This document shows positions 42,770-56,343 of a DNA stretch of 64,000 bases, piece by piece; within the stretch, counting starts at the first letter, position 1; every line of letters starts with the position of its first letter. This stretch comes from a bacterium (GTDB lineage Bacteria; Myxococcota_A; Bradymonadia; UBA7976; UBA1532): assembly GCA_030427205.1 (NCBI GenBank), contig JAUHXC010000043.1:6456-70455 (forward strand), in the 5' to 3' direction. The notes under the pieces were generated by a model, which saw only the letters and a list, made by a program, of their open reading frames with translations, was not told the origin of the DNA and did not search any database. The translations under genes were made by a program, and so were the position numbers.

Positions 42770-44968
42770 TCAGAAGGGCAGCCCGGCGCCCTTGGCCAGC
42801 GGGCGACGGGCCCGCGGCGTCTGCGGGCCGGTCCGCGGCGCGACCTCGTCGAGCAGCGTGCGGATGCGCTCGAGCGCGGGTATCGCGCCGGGTATGCGCT
42901 CGCCGATGCGATCGAGCAGGGCCGGCAGCGCTCGATGTACGCCCGGAGACGCCACGGCGATGCGCAGCGCGTCGGCCGCGCTCGGAGACAGCGCGCCGGC
43001 CTGGGCGACGCCCTGCACGACCGCCACGGCTCGATCGACCGCTTCGAGCTCGCCTTCGTCGACGAAGCGGCTGCGGTGCTCGGCGGCGGGCACCTCGGCG
43101 ATGATCTCGCTGCGCGCGCGGGTCAGCGCGACGTAGAACAGCCGGCGCTCGGCCTCGATGACCTCGGTCCGCGGCAGTGCGCGCGCCGGCGCGAGGATGT
43201 TCTCCACCTCGGGGCTGTCGTCGCGCAGGTGGGGGCAGCTGCCTTCGCTGAGGTCGGGCAGGATCACCCGATCCCATTCGAGGCCCTTCGCCCGGAAGAT
43301 GCTCGTGATACGCAAGCAGCGCTCGATGGGCAGGCCGCGGCGGGTATCGTAGCCGTCGGCGAAGGCGTCGACCGCGTCGAGCGGCACCGCCTTCTCGGCA
43401 AGCAGGGCGCGAAACGCGTCGATCATGCCCGCGCCGGCGGCCACCTTCTCGGGGGTCTGCCATTCGCCGAGCCACATCTCGAAGTCGATGGCATCCCGGA
43501 TCACCGCCGCGGCCTCGGCTGCGCGGCCCTCGGCGTCGCGCGCGGCACCTCGGGCCTCTTCGAGCACGTCGGCCAGATCGTCGAGCGCTTCGGCCGCGCG
43601 CTGGGTGATGCCCGACGCCATCAGGCGGGCGCCGTCGCGCAACAGATCACCGATGGTGGCCCCGCCGGCCAGCGCGCGGTGCAGCACCCGCGAGAAGCCC
43701 TTCTTGAGCACGTAGCGGTTGGGCTTGTCGACGATCCACTCCAGCGCGTCGATCGCGGCGCTGTCGATGGGCGCGTCGACGTGATCGGCGAGCCACAGAT
43801 AGCGCCGCAGCGCGCGCACCGGCAGGGCGCCGAGCAGCGAGCGCTCGCCGACGACGAAGAACGGGATCTCGCGGGCGATGAGCCGGGCCTGCAGCCCGTG
43901 GGACTGGGCGAAGAGGCGCACGAGCACCACCGAATCGCCCAGGCTGTCATCGGGCAGGCCGCGGATGGCATCGGCCACGGCGTCGGTGCCCGAGACGAGC
44001 CGGATGCGCGCGTGGCGCAGCGGATCGGCGGCCACCAGCGGCTTGGCGACCCGCTCGCTGTTGACGGCGATGGCGTTGGCCGCGCTGCGGGCGATGGTGG
44101 GCCCGAAACGAAACGAACGGGTGAGCTGGTAGCGATCATGCGGGTGATGGGTGAACGTCTCGCGAAAGACGCGCTTGATATAGGCCGACCGCGCGCCGCG
44201 CCACTCATAGATGCACTGGTCGTCGTCGCCGACCACCATCACCCGCGCGCGCCGCCCGGCGATGAGCAGCGCCAGGCGCTGCTGGGCGTGGTTGACGTCC
44301 TGAAACTCGTCGATGATCAGGTGGTCGAGCCGGTCGCAGAGCGTGCGTTGGGCGAGGGGAGAGCCCTCGATGAGGCGCACCGCTTCGCCGATCTGATCGT
44401 CGAAGGTCATCGCCCGCGCCTTGCGCCGCAGCTGCTCGAAGACGCGATACACCTCGACCAGCGCCGGCTCGGCGGTGCAGCGGGCGTGATCGGGCGGCGT
44501 CAGCAGGCCCTTCCAGGCGCGGATGGCCGCCTGCGCGTCTTCGCTGTCGATGGGCGGGGCCTGATAGTTCGTCTGCCGGCGGCGCAGGCGCAGAGCCTGC
44601 TCGATCATGCGCAGCTCGGCGCCGTCTTCGAGCAGGCTCAGCGGCTCCAGCAGGCCCTGGCGTGCAGCCCAGCCGACGATGGCGTGCCCCAGCGCGTTGA
44701 ACGTCTGCACCCGTACGCCGCGCACGCCCAGCGCGGCCAGCTTGCGCTCGAAGTCCCGTCGGGCGGCGCGGTTGAACATCACCGCGCGAATCGCCCGCGG
44801 CGGCACCGCGCAGCGCTCGATGAGGTGCTGCACCCGGTGCACCATCGCCGTGGTCTTGCCCGATCCGGCCACCGCCAGCACGGTCGCGTGGCGCTCGGGA
44901 TCGTGCTCGACGACCGCGCGCTGCTCGTCGGTCAGCGTCTGCGGGGCGTCGCTGGGCGGCACGGACAT
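42770..44968 (-). CDS. UvrD/Rep-family (SF1) ATP-dependent DNA helicase
   Basis: 732 aa. Motif I VLAVAGSGKTT, motif II LIIDEFQDVN and motif III VVGDDDQCIYEWRGA, followed by SFRFG, FRAKGLEWDRV and YVALTRAR. Confidence 0.9.
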   Translation of the reverse strand: MSVPPSDAPQTLTDEQRAVVEHDPERHATVLAVAGSGKTTAMVHRVQHLIERCAVPPRAIRAVMFNRAARRDFERKLAALGVRGVRVQTFNALGHAIVGWAARQGLLEPLSLLEDGAELRMIEQALRLRRRQTNYQAPPIDSEDAQAAIRAWKGLLTPPDHARCTAEPALVEVYRVFEQLRRKARAMTFDDQIGEAVRLIEGSPLAQRTLCDRLDHLIIDEFQDVNHAQQRLALLIAGRRARVMVVGDDDQCIYEWRGARSAYIKRVFRETFTHHPHDRYQLTRSFRFGPTIARSAANAIAVNSERVAKPLVAADPLRHARIRLVSGTDAVADAIRGLPDDSLGDSVVLVRLFAQSHGLQARLIAREIPFFVVGERSLLGALPVRALRRYLWLADHVDAPIDSAAIDALEWIVDKPNRYVLKKGFSRVLHRALAGGATIGDLLRDGARLMASGITQRAAEALDDLADVLEEARGAARDAEGRAAEAAAVIRDAIDFEMWLGEWQTPEKVAAGAGMIDAFRALLAEKAVPLDAVDAFADGYDTRRGLPIERCLRITSIFRAKGLEWDRVILPDLSEGSCPHLRDDSPEVENILAPARALPRTEVIEAERRLFYVALTRARSEIIAEVPAAEHRSRFVDEGELEAVDRAVAVVQGVAQAGALSPSAADALRIAVASPGVHRALPALLDRIGERIPGAIPALERIRTLLDEVAPRTGPQTPRARRPLAKGAGLPF

Positions 44969-44972
44969 CGGC

Positions 44973-45572
44973 TCAGCCGCCGAGCAGCGCGGTCAGCTCG
45001 GGGCAGTCGATGCCCAGATCGGCGACGAGCGGCGCCACCGCGTCGAGGGAGAGCCGGGTCTGATCGAGGATGCAGATCGCCGGCTGAACCCGCACGCCGC
45101 GGGCGGTGGAGAGATCGGCTCGGCTCAGGTCGGTATGCCGCAGGTTGGCCCCTCGCAGATCGCACTCGACGAAGCGCGCCTTGCGCAGGTCGCAGTGTCC
45201 GAAGTCGACCTCGTGCATCCGGCAGCGCTCGAAGCACACCCCGGGCAGCTTCAACTCGAAGAAGACGCTGTGATCGAGCCGGCAGCCGTCGAAGGCCAAC
45301 TCGAGCCCGAACGGCCGGGCGCCGGTCCAGTCTACGCCCATCAGCCGGCCGCCCTCGAAGCGCACCTCCCGCAGCGCGGTGTCGTCGAAGCGGCAGGCGA
45401 CGAGCTCGCAGTCGACGAACTGGCACTCCTCGAAGCGGGTTTTGCGGAAGCGTACGTTCTCGAAGCGACAGCGGACGAAGCGACAGCGCTCGTAGGCGTG
45501 CCCATCGACGGTCTCGTCGGCGAGGTCCAGGCCCTCGAACTCGGCGTCTTCGGCGTCACGGGGCAAGGTCAT
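44973..45572 (-). CDS. pentapeptide-repeat protein
   Basis: This is the C-terminal 199 codons of track ORF 44973..45764, starting at MTLPRD (ATG 45572). There are runs of A(D/N)LxF-type pentads (CRFVRCRFENVRFRKTRFEECQFVDCELVACRF...CDLRGANLRHTDLSRADLS). The stop is 4 nt before the helicase ATG. Confidence 0.85.
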   Translation of the reverse strand: MTLPRDAEDAEFEGLDLADETVDGHAYERCRFVRCRFENVRFRKTRFEECQFVDCELVACRFDDTALREVRFEGGRLMGVDWTGARPFGLELAFDGCRLDHSVFFELKLPGVCFERCRMHEVDFGHCDLRKARFVECDLRGANLRHTDLSRADLSTARGVRVQPAICILDQTRLSLDAVAPLVADLGIDCPELTALLGG

Positions 45573-45678
45573 CGGCAGGCTCTGCTCCAGGCGAGGGGTC
45601 GGACGGCTGTCCCGTCGCGGCCGCGCAGGGTATACCCCATGGCGTCTGTCGACCGAACCCCTTCCGGGAGGCCTGTTC

Positions 45679-45978
45679 ATGAGCACCGCCGACGATCGCG
45701 CCCATTGTGACGACGCCCCGGGCAAGCTGATACCCGTCGTCGATATACGGCGCTGTGAAGCCAAGCAGGACTGCGTCGAGGTCTGTCCCTACGATGTCTT
45801 CGAGGTGCGGCGCATCGACGACGCCGACTTCGCCCGGCTGAGCCTGTTGGGCAAGCTGCGCAACATCGTGCACGGGCGGCGCCTGGCCTATACGCCGCGC
45901 GCCGCCGACTGTCATGGGTGTGGGCTGTGCGTCAGCGCTTGCCCCGAGAAGGCGATCAAGCTCTCCCGGGCCCGCTGA
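45679..45978 (+). CDS. 4Fe-4S ferredoxin-type protein
   Basis: 99 aa, with GGGAGG 8 nt upstream. Cluster motifs are C-x-x-x-x-C-x-x-x-CP (CEAKQDCVEVCP, atypical) and CHGCGLCVSACP (canonical CxxCxxCxxxCP). Confidence 0.85.
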   Translation: MSTADDRAHCDDAPGKLIPVVDIRRCEAKQDCVEVCPYDVFEVRRIDDADFARLSLLGKLRNIVHGRRLAYTPRAADCHGCGLCVSACPEKAIKLSRAR

Positions 45979-46012
45979 CGGCGAGGCGGACAGCAGACGG
46001 GGATCGGGCCCG

Positions 46013-50773
<4,761 letters not shown>

Positions 50774-50912
50774 GCGATACTCCCCCGATGTGATCCGGCC
50801 CCCGACGCCGATGCGGAGATCCCCGGATGCGAAATGTCGTCGAAGTACACCATCGCCGAGCCAGCCGGGCAAGATCCACCACCTGACGCCCAACCGCCAA
50901 GGACGGCGGTAT

Positions 50913-51818
50913 TCAGCCCGGCGCGTCGAGCGGGTCGTCGAGCTCGGGCCGGCCGTCGGCGAGCTCGACCGTGCGATGCAGCCGCTCGAGATGCACCACC
51001 AGCCCGTCGTCGAGGTGCTCGACCATGTCGGCATAGCAGCGGTCGAAGAGCACGTGGTCGGGGGCGTAGCGGAACCGGGCGTGCACCGGCTGACCGAAGG
51101 TCTCGTCGGTGCCCTCGAACGAAGCGAAGACGAAGAACAGCCGCGACTCGGCGTTCTCCGGCGTCAACCCGAGCAGCGGGCTGTCGCCGTCGAGCAGGTG
51201 GATGGCGGTCCAGGTCAGCGCCATCATCGGCACCTCGTGGCGGATGAGCTTCAGATCGCGCATGCGCCGCATCTGCTGGCCCTCGGCGGTCACGTCGTCC
51301 ATCAGCACCGACAGGGTCAGCCGCGCGTTGAGGATGGCGCTCGGCCGCTCGTTGGCCAGCCGGATCTGCAGCGAGGGCACCCCGTTGCGCGGCTGGATCA
51401 CCGCCACATCGGCGAAGACGACCCGGGCGGTCGGGCGGGCGAAGCGCGCGATGAGCACCGCGGTGTAGACCGCGAGGGCCGCCAGCCCGGTCAGGCTCTC
51501 GAGCACCGTGATGCCGTGCCCGTAAGCGGTCCGGGGGGCCATGCCCTCCGACCCCAGGGTCGAGAGGGTATGCGCCGAGTACCACAAGACGTCCCAGGCG
51601 TCGTCGGCTCCCTCGATGGTCTCCGGGCCCCCGAGCAGGAACAGCCCGCAGAAGGCCGCCGTGGTCAGCGCGTAGCCCACCGCCGCCAGCAGCGCCAGCC
51701 GGCTCCAGCCGATGCGCATCAGGTGGAACCACGCGTCGGCCACCGGGCGCATCGGCGCGCCGGCGATCTCGTAGTTCAAGCCGAAGTTATCGCGGTCGAC
51801 CCGCGCGTGGCGCCTCAC
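50913..51818 (-). CDS. inward-rectifier (KirBac-like) channel homologue with altered selectivity filter
   Basis: Track ORF 50913..51959. The GTG 51818 start overlaps the antiporter stop (GTGA). It is colinear by eye with KirBac1.1: slide helix/W motif DAWFHLMRIGW, ARFARPTARVVF, and an Ig-like cytoplasmic domain. The filter reads TLSTLGSEG instead of T-[IV]-GYG. Confidence 0.85.
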   Translation of the reverse strand: MRRHARVDRDNFGLNYEIAGAPMRPVADAWFHLMRIGWSRLALLAAVGYALTTAAFCGLFLLGGPETIEGADDAWDVLWYSAHTLSTLGSEGMAPRTAYGHGITVLESLTGLAALAVYTAVLIARFARPTARVVFADVAVIQPRNGVPSLQIRLANERPSAILNARLTLSVLMDDVTAEGQQMRRMRDLKLIRHEVPMMALTWTAIHLLDGDSPLLGLTPENAESRLFFVFASFEGTDETFGQPVHARFRYAPDHVLFDRCYADMVEHLDDGLVVHLERLHRTVELADGRPELDDPLDAPG

Positions 51819-52903
51819 CCGCCGACCCAGGTCCAGATGACGTAGCCCGCGTAGATCGTCACCAGGATCGCCCCCTCGACCCGGGACAGCACCCGCCCGG
51901 TGATCTGGAAGAGCATCAGCAGGACCGCCGTCGACATCAGCGCGATCGTCGACCACCACAGCCCGTCGGTGCCGACCACGACGGTCTCACCCAGGGCCAG
52001 GAGCGCCACCAGCCAAGGCACGCCGAGGCCCACGAGCACGTCGAAGATGTTCGAGCCCACCGCGTTGGCCACCGCCATCTCGCCGCGACCCTGACGGGCG
52101 ACGATGACCGACGCGATCAGATCGGGCACGCTGGTCGCCGCCGCCAGGATGGTCAGCGCGACGACCACCGGCGGGATGCCCATCTCCGCCGAGAAGATCA
52201 GCGCGGCGTCGACCAGCACCCAGCAGATGCCGGCGATCGCCGCGAGCGCCACGACGAAGGCCCGCACGAAGTTGCGCTCGGGATCGCCGGTGAAGACCTG
52301 CATCACGGCGATGATCGCGGCCTGCAACGGCGCGGGCACCCGCTCGGCGCCGTGCTGATCGGCGCTGCGCTGATCGGCGCTGCGCTGATCGGCGCTGTGC
52401 TGATCGCCATCCGTCCGCGCCGGCCCGTCTTCGTCCCGGGGCCAGAACCACAGGATCGCCAGATAGACCCCGTAGAGCCCCACGAAGACCGCGGCTTCGG
52501 GGATGGTGATCGAGCCATCGGAGAACGCCCACAAGAGCGCGCCGACGCTGGCGAGGTACATCAGGCCGTCGCGCAGCACGACCTTCACCCGCGAGACGGC
52601 CGGCCGCACCATCGCCGATACGCCGGTGATGACGAGGATGTTGAACAGCGCCGAGCCCACGATCGTGCCGATGCCCAGGTCGCTGTGCGCGCCGCCGTCG
52701 CGGAAGAGCGCCGTCAGGGCGATGATCAGCTCCGGCGCCGATGAGCCCATCGCCATCAGCGACGCGCCGGCGACGCTGGCCGGCAGGTTCAGCCGATCGG
52801 AGATGGCGTCCAGGGCCACCACGAAGACCCGATCGGTGACGATGGCCAACAGCCAGACGCACAGCGCGATGACCGCGGCGGATAGAACAGCGCTCAACTC
52901 CAC
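51815..52903 (-). CDS. Ca2+/cation antiporter (CaCA; YrbG/NCKX-like)
   Basis: 362 aa. Alpha-1 repeat GASLMAMGSSAPELIIAL...GTIVGSALFNIL and alpha-2 repeat LAAATSVPDLIASV...ANAVGSNIFDVL. The central cytoplasmic loop carries a SADQR repeat. Confidence 0.9.
   Translation of the reverse strand: MELSAVLSAAVIALCVWLLAIVTDRVFVVALDAISDRLNLPASVAGASLMAMGSSAPELIIALTALFRDGGAHSDLGIGTIVGSALFNILVITGVSAMVRPAVSRVKVVLRDGLMYLASVGALLWAFSDGSITIPEAAVFVGLYGVYLAILWFWPRDEDGPARTDGDQHSADQRSADQRSADQHGAERVPAPLQAAIIAVMQVFTGDPERNFVRAFVVALAAIAGICWVLVDAALIFSAEMGIPPVVVALTILAAATSVPDLIASVIVARQGRGEMAVANAVGSNIFDVLVGLGVPWLVALLALGETVVVGTDGLWWSTIALMSTAVLLMLFQITGRVLSRVEGAILVTIYAGYVIWTWVGG
52351..52410 (-). repeat. in-frame 15-bp tandem repeat (4 copies, encodes SADQR)
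   Basis: cgtgctgatcggcgc / tgcgctgatcggcgc / tgcgctgatcggcgc / tgtgctgatcgccat. The translation is DQHSADQRSADQRSADQHG, in the antiporter loop. Confidence 0.85.
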
Positions 52904-53020
52904 CTCCAGAGCCCGGGCATTGGACGCGTCGATGCCGCTCCGGGTCGCACGGCGCGATCTGCGGCCGACGACGGACCCCGGCCTGGGCTACACTGCAACC
53001 CTCGCGGCCCCGCCGCAATG

Positions 53021-53052
53021 GTTGCCCAGCGCCCACGTTGCCCAGCGCCCAC
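53021..53052. repeat. perfect 2 x 16-bp tandem duplication GTTGCCCAGCGCCCAC
   Basis: Read directly from the sequence. It ends 8 nt before the GTG start (53061) of the thioesterase gene and abuts its GAGGA RBS. Confidence 0.85.
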
Positions 53053-53060
53053 GAGGATCC

Positions 53061-53513
53061 GTGAATCGAACCCCAGCCGACCGACTCGCCCCGCGACCCG
53101 ACCGCCCCGCTCGACGCGTCGAGCGCATCATCCGCGAAGGCCTGCCCGAAGCCGCTGACGCCGACTTCACCGTCGAGCAGATCACCGCCGACGGCGCCAT
53201 CGCCCGCAGGCGGATCGACGCCCGCAGCCTGCGCCCCGGCGGCACCGTCTCCGGACCGGTCATGATGACCCTGGCCGACGCGGTGATGTACGCGGCGGTG
53301 CTCGCGCGCATGGAAGACGGCCGCATGGCGGTCACCTCGGAGCTGAGCATCCGCTTCCTGCGCCGCCCGCCGCCCGCCGATCTGATCGCCCGGGCCGAGA
53401 TCGTGCGCTTCGGCCGGCGACAGGCGGTCATCGAAGTGCGGATCTTCGTCGACGGCGACCCCGATCCGGTGGCCCTCGTCGTGGGCACCTACGCCTTGCC
53501 GCAGCCCGGCTGA
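53061..53513 (+). CDS. PaaI-family hotdog-fold thioesterase
   Basis: This is the C-terminal 150 codons of track ORF 52503..53513, with a GTG 53061 start. ...LRPGGTVSGPVMMTLADAVMYAAV...TSELSIRFLRRP...GRRQAVIEVRIF fits the PaaI pattern. Confidence 0.8.
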   Translation: MNRTPADRLAPRPDRPARRVERIIREGLPEAADADFTVEQITADGAIARRRIDARSLRPGGTVSGPVMMTLADAVMYAAVLARMEDGRMAVTSELSIRFLRRPPPADLIARAEIVRFGRRQAVIEVRIFVDGDPDPVALVVGTYALPQPG

Positions 53514-53552
53514 GCTGCACCGCATCCCGGTCGGCGATCTCGAGCGGCCCAC

Positions 53553-54599
53553 TCAATCGGACGCCGGCTCGCTCAGCGCCAACCCGCCGCCTTCGGTCTC
53601 CGCCAGCGCCAGGCCGCCGACCTCGATCCCGCCGCGCGCTTTGAGCGCCGCCACCGCCGCTGCGCGGGTCGGACCGTCCAGGCGGCTCACCACGCGCCGC
53701 AGAAAAGCCAGACCCTCGTCGCTCTCGCTCAGCGCCTCGACCGCGCGCACCCGCACCGCCGCCGCCGGCCCGGGGGCCACCAGGGCCTGCAATACCGCCC
53801 GATCGCCGACCCGCAGCGCCGCCATCAGGCGCACCGCCGGATCATCATCGACCAGCGCCTCACGCACGGCGGCCTCGGTCTCGGCCGCGCCCCCGTGCCG
53901 CTCGATCAGCCAGCCCAACGCGCCCAGGCGAACGCCCGGCTTGGGATCGCCGCCTGCGATACGCGCCAGCCGCTCGATCGTCGTGCCCTCGACCGCCCGC
54001 AGTCGGCCCAGCGCGTCGAGCACGCAGTCGATGCCATCGGTATCGCGGCCCGTGCTGCGATCGTGCAGCCACGCCAAGGTGATGCCGTCCCCATCACACG
54101 CCCCGCCGCGCTCGACCAGCAGGCGCACCGACCAGCGGGTCGGCGCGTCGAAGGCCGCCCGCAGCACCGCCTCCTTACCGCCGATGCGCACCGCCGCGTC
54201 GAACGTCGGATCCCCCAACTCGAGGTCACCGCCCAGCAGCAGCCGGCTCAGCTTGCCCGCCTCGGGGGCGAACTTCAGCGCCATCGGCCGGGGGAACGTC
54301 ACCCGCACCCGGGTGAACTGCCACGGGTTCTTGCGGTTGCGCCGGGAGAGCGTCTCCGCCAGCCCCTGGTGCCGATCGTGATGGTCCGGCGCGCGCCACG
54401 GCATCGAGACCTCGACCCGGCAGCCCGACGCCTCACCGACGGCGCGGGCGCCGCGCCAGACGTCCGTCTCCATGCGCCAGCCGCGCGTCCGGGCGATATG
54501 CCCCATGCGGCGGCCCCAGTCACGGCGCACGGAGTAGATCGTGCCCACCAGGATGGCGACGCCCACGACCAGAATCAGCAGTACGAATGAGCTCGGCAC
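53553..54599 (-). CDS. membrane-anchored protein with C-terminal HEAT-like repeats
   Basis: Track ORF 53553..54689. The GTG 54599 start gives MPSSFVLLILVVGVAILVGTIYSV (N-terminal TM). HEAT-like units are DDDPAVRLMAALRVGD and AAVRVRAVEALSES. Confidence 0.7.
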   Translation of the reverse strand: MPSSFVLLILVVGVAILVGTIYSVRRDWGRRMGHIARTRGWRMETDVWRGARAVGEASGCRVEVSMPWRAPDHHDRHQGLAETLSRRNRKNPWQFTRVRVTFPRPMALKFAPEAGKLSRLLLGGDLELGDPTFDAAVRIGGKEAVLRAAFDAPTRWSVRLLVERGGACDGDGITLAWLHDRSTGRDTDGIDCVLDALGRLRAVEGTTIERLARIAGGDPKPGVRLGALGWLIERHGGAAETEAAVREALVDDDPAVRLMAALRVGDRAVLQALVAPGPAAAVRVRAVEALSESDEGLAFLRRVVSRLDGPTRAAAVAALKARGGIEVGGLALAETEGGGLALSEPASD

Positions 54600-54621
54600 G
54601 CTCCCCCCGGGTCCTGAACGA

Positions 54622-56343
54622 CTACGGCAGCGTGCGCACCAGGCGGAAGCCGCCCCGCGAGCTGCGGGTATTGGGGGCTTCGGACTCATACGCCGCCGAG
54701 CGGCACTCGTCGGGCAGCGCCACCAGCGAGCCGCCGCGGCGGATGCGCTCCTCGGCCTCGTCGTCGCCGGTGGGATCGATCTCGAGCACGTCCTCGTAGG
54801 GCATCGCCCCGTCGTGCACCCACTCCCAGACGTTGCCGTGCACGTCGTAGAGCCCCCACGGGTTCGGCGAGAGCTGGCCCACCTCGTGGGTCACCCCGTC
54901 GCCGTTGCCGCTGTAGAAGTCGGTCATCGCCAGCCCGGCGTCGGCGTCACCGAACCAGAAGCGGGTCTGCGAGCCGGCCCGGGCGGCGTAGGCCCACTCG
55001 GCGTCCGTCGGCAGGCGGTAGCCCTCGCACTCGACCCCGGCGAACTCCACCGAGACGCAGATCGAGCCGGCGCCGGGCGCTGCCGCGTTGCAGCCCTCGA
55101 GCACATAACACTGCTCGCGCCCTTCGGCGGCCGACAGCGCGTTGGCGTAGGCCACCGCCTCGAACCAGTTCACCCGCTCGACCGGGCGGCGCGGCTCGAA
55201 GTCGAAGAACGACGGATCATCCTCGAAGACCGCGCGCCAATCGCGCCGGGTGACCTCGGTGCTCTGGATCAAGAACGGGCGGGTGATGCGCACCGTATGT
55301 TGCGGGCCCTCACGATCGAGCCGGCCGCGCTCGTCGGGCGGGCTGCCCCGGTCGAAGCGCCCCGCGCGCACGCAGACCCAGCCGGCGGGCACCGTGGCGC
55401 TGTCCGGGCAGCCGTTGCACGGCGGCTGGATGCGCCCGTCGCACTGCACGCACCCGGCGATGCCCTCGTCCACCAGCCCGTCGCAGTCGGCGTCGAGCCC
55501 GTCGCACAGCACGTCGGGCACCGGCTCTCCCGGCTCGACGTCGCAGCGATCGCCCACGCCGTCGTCGGCGCAGACCCGTGTCCCCGCCCGCGCGCAGATC
55601 CCCAGGCCCACCGCGCACGCCTCGCCGACGTTCGGCTGAGCCTCGTCCACCGCGCCGTCGCAGTCGTTGTCCAGCCCGTCGCAGCGATCCTCCTCGGGCT
55701 GCCATGTGGCGATGGCCGCGAAGTCCGGCTCGCCGACCGTGCCGCCGGGCAAGCAGGGGATGGGCGTGCCGAGGCAGACCCCGGCCGTCTCGCCCTCGCC
55801 GAGGCGGGCGTCGATCTGCTCGTCGGTGCGGGCGTCGCAGTCGTCGTCGACGCCGTTGCAGACCTCGTCGCCCACCGGACCGGGGCAGCCGTACTCGCAG
55901 CCGTTGACCGGATCGCCGTCGATGTCGGCGAAGCCCTCGGCGCAGCGGGCCACGGTGCAGGTGCCCAGCGCGCAGGCCCCCTCGGCGTTGCCCGGCCGGC
56001 AGGCGAGGCCGCAGCCGCCGCAGTTGTCCGGATCACCGTCGAGGTCGAAGTCCTCGTCGGCGGCGCCATCACAGTCGTCATCGCGGCCGTTGCACAGCTC
56101 GTCGGTGCGCACGCACACCGTCTCCGAGTCGGGGGCGGCGTCGGCCGGATCGGCGTCCATCACCGTCACATCGAGCGGCAGATCGTCCATGTCGGGCGGC
56201 GGGCGGCGGTCGGCGTCCTGCACCTGCGCGTCTTCGAACGACCAGTCGGGAACGTCGACGCAGCCGGCCAGGGCCACCAGCAGCGCGCCGGCGAAGCAGG
56301 CCCGGGTCGTCGATCGTATGTGTCGTGCCGGCTCTCGACTCAC
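54622..56343 (-). CDS. lipoprotein with MopE-type repeats and FGE-sulfatase (SUMF1-like) domain
   Basis: Track ORF 54622..56436. The GTG 56343 start overlaps the upstream stop (GTGA) and gives ...ACFAGALLVALAGC (lipobox). CNGRDDDCDG, CNGVDDDCD, CDGLDNDCDG and CDGLDADCDG units are followed by FGE blocks QSTEVTRRDW, YRLPTDAEWAYAA, LYDVHGNVWEWV and RRGGS. Confidence 0.85.
   Translation of the reverse strand: MSREPARHIRSTTRACFAGALLVALAGCVDVPDWSFEDAQVQDADRRPPPDMDDLPLDVTVMDADPADAAPDSETVCVRTDELCNGRDDDCDGAADEDFDLDGDPDNCGGCGLACRPGNAEGACALGTCTVARCAEGFADIDGDPVNGCEYGCPGPVGDEVCNGVDDDCDARTDEQIDARLGEGETAGVCLGTPIPCLPGGTVGEPDFAAIATWQPEEDRCDGLDNDCDGAVDEAQPNVGEACAVGLGICARAGTRVCADDGVGDRCDVEPGEPVPDVLCDGLDADCDGLVDEGIAGCVQCDGRIQPPCNGCPDSATVPAGWVCVRAGRFDRGSPPDERGRLDREGPQHTVRITRPFLIQSTEVTRRDWRAVFEDDPSFFDFEPRRPVERVNWFEAVAYANALSAAEGREQCYVLEGCNAAAPGAGSICVSVEFAGVECEGYRLPTDAEWAYAARAGSQTRFWFGDADAGLAMTDFYSGNGDGVTHEVGQLSPNPWGLYDVHGNVWEWVHDGAMPYEDVLEIDPTGDDEAEERIRRGGSLVALPDECRSAAYESEAPNTRSSRGGFRLVRTLP

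Noticed and set aside
42935-45710. Plus-strand ORFs 42935..45682 (915 aa) and 44607..45710 antisense to the helicase and pentapeptide genes
   Set aside because: These are shadow ORFs. The minus-strand frames carry complete SF1 helicase motifs and pentapeptide repeats.
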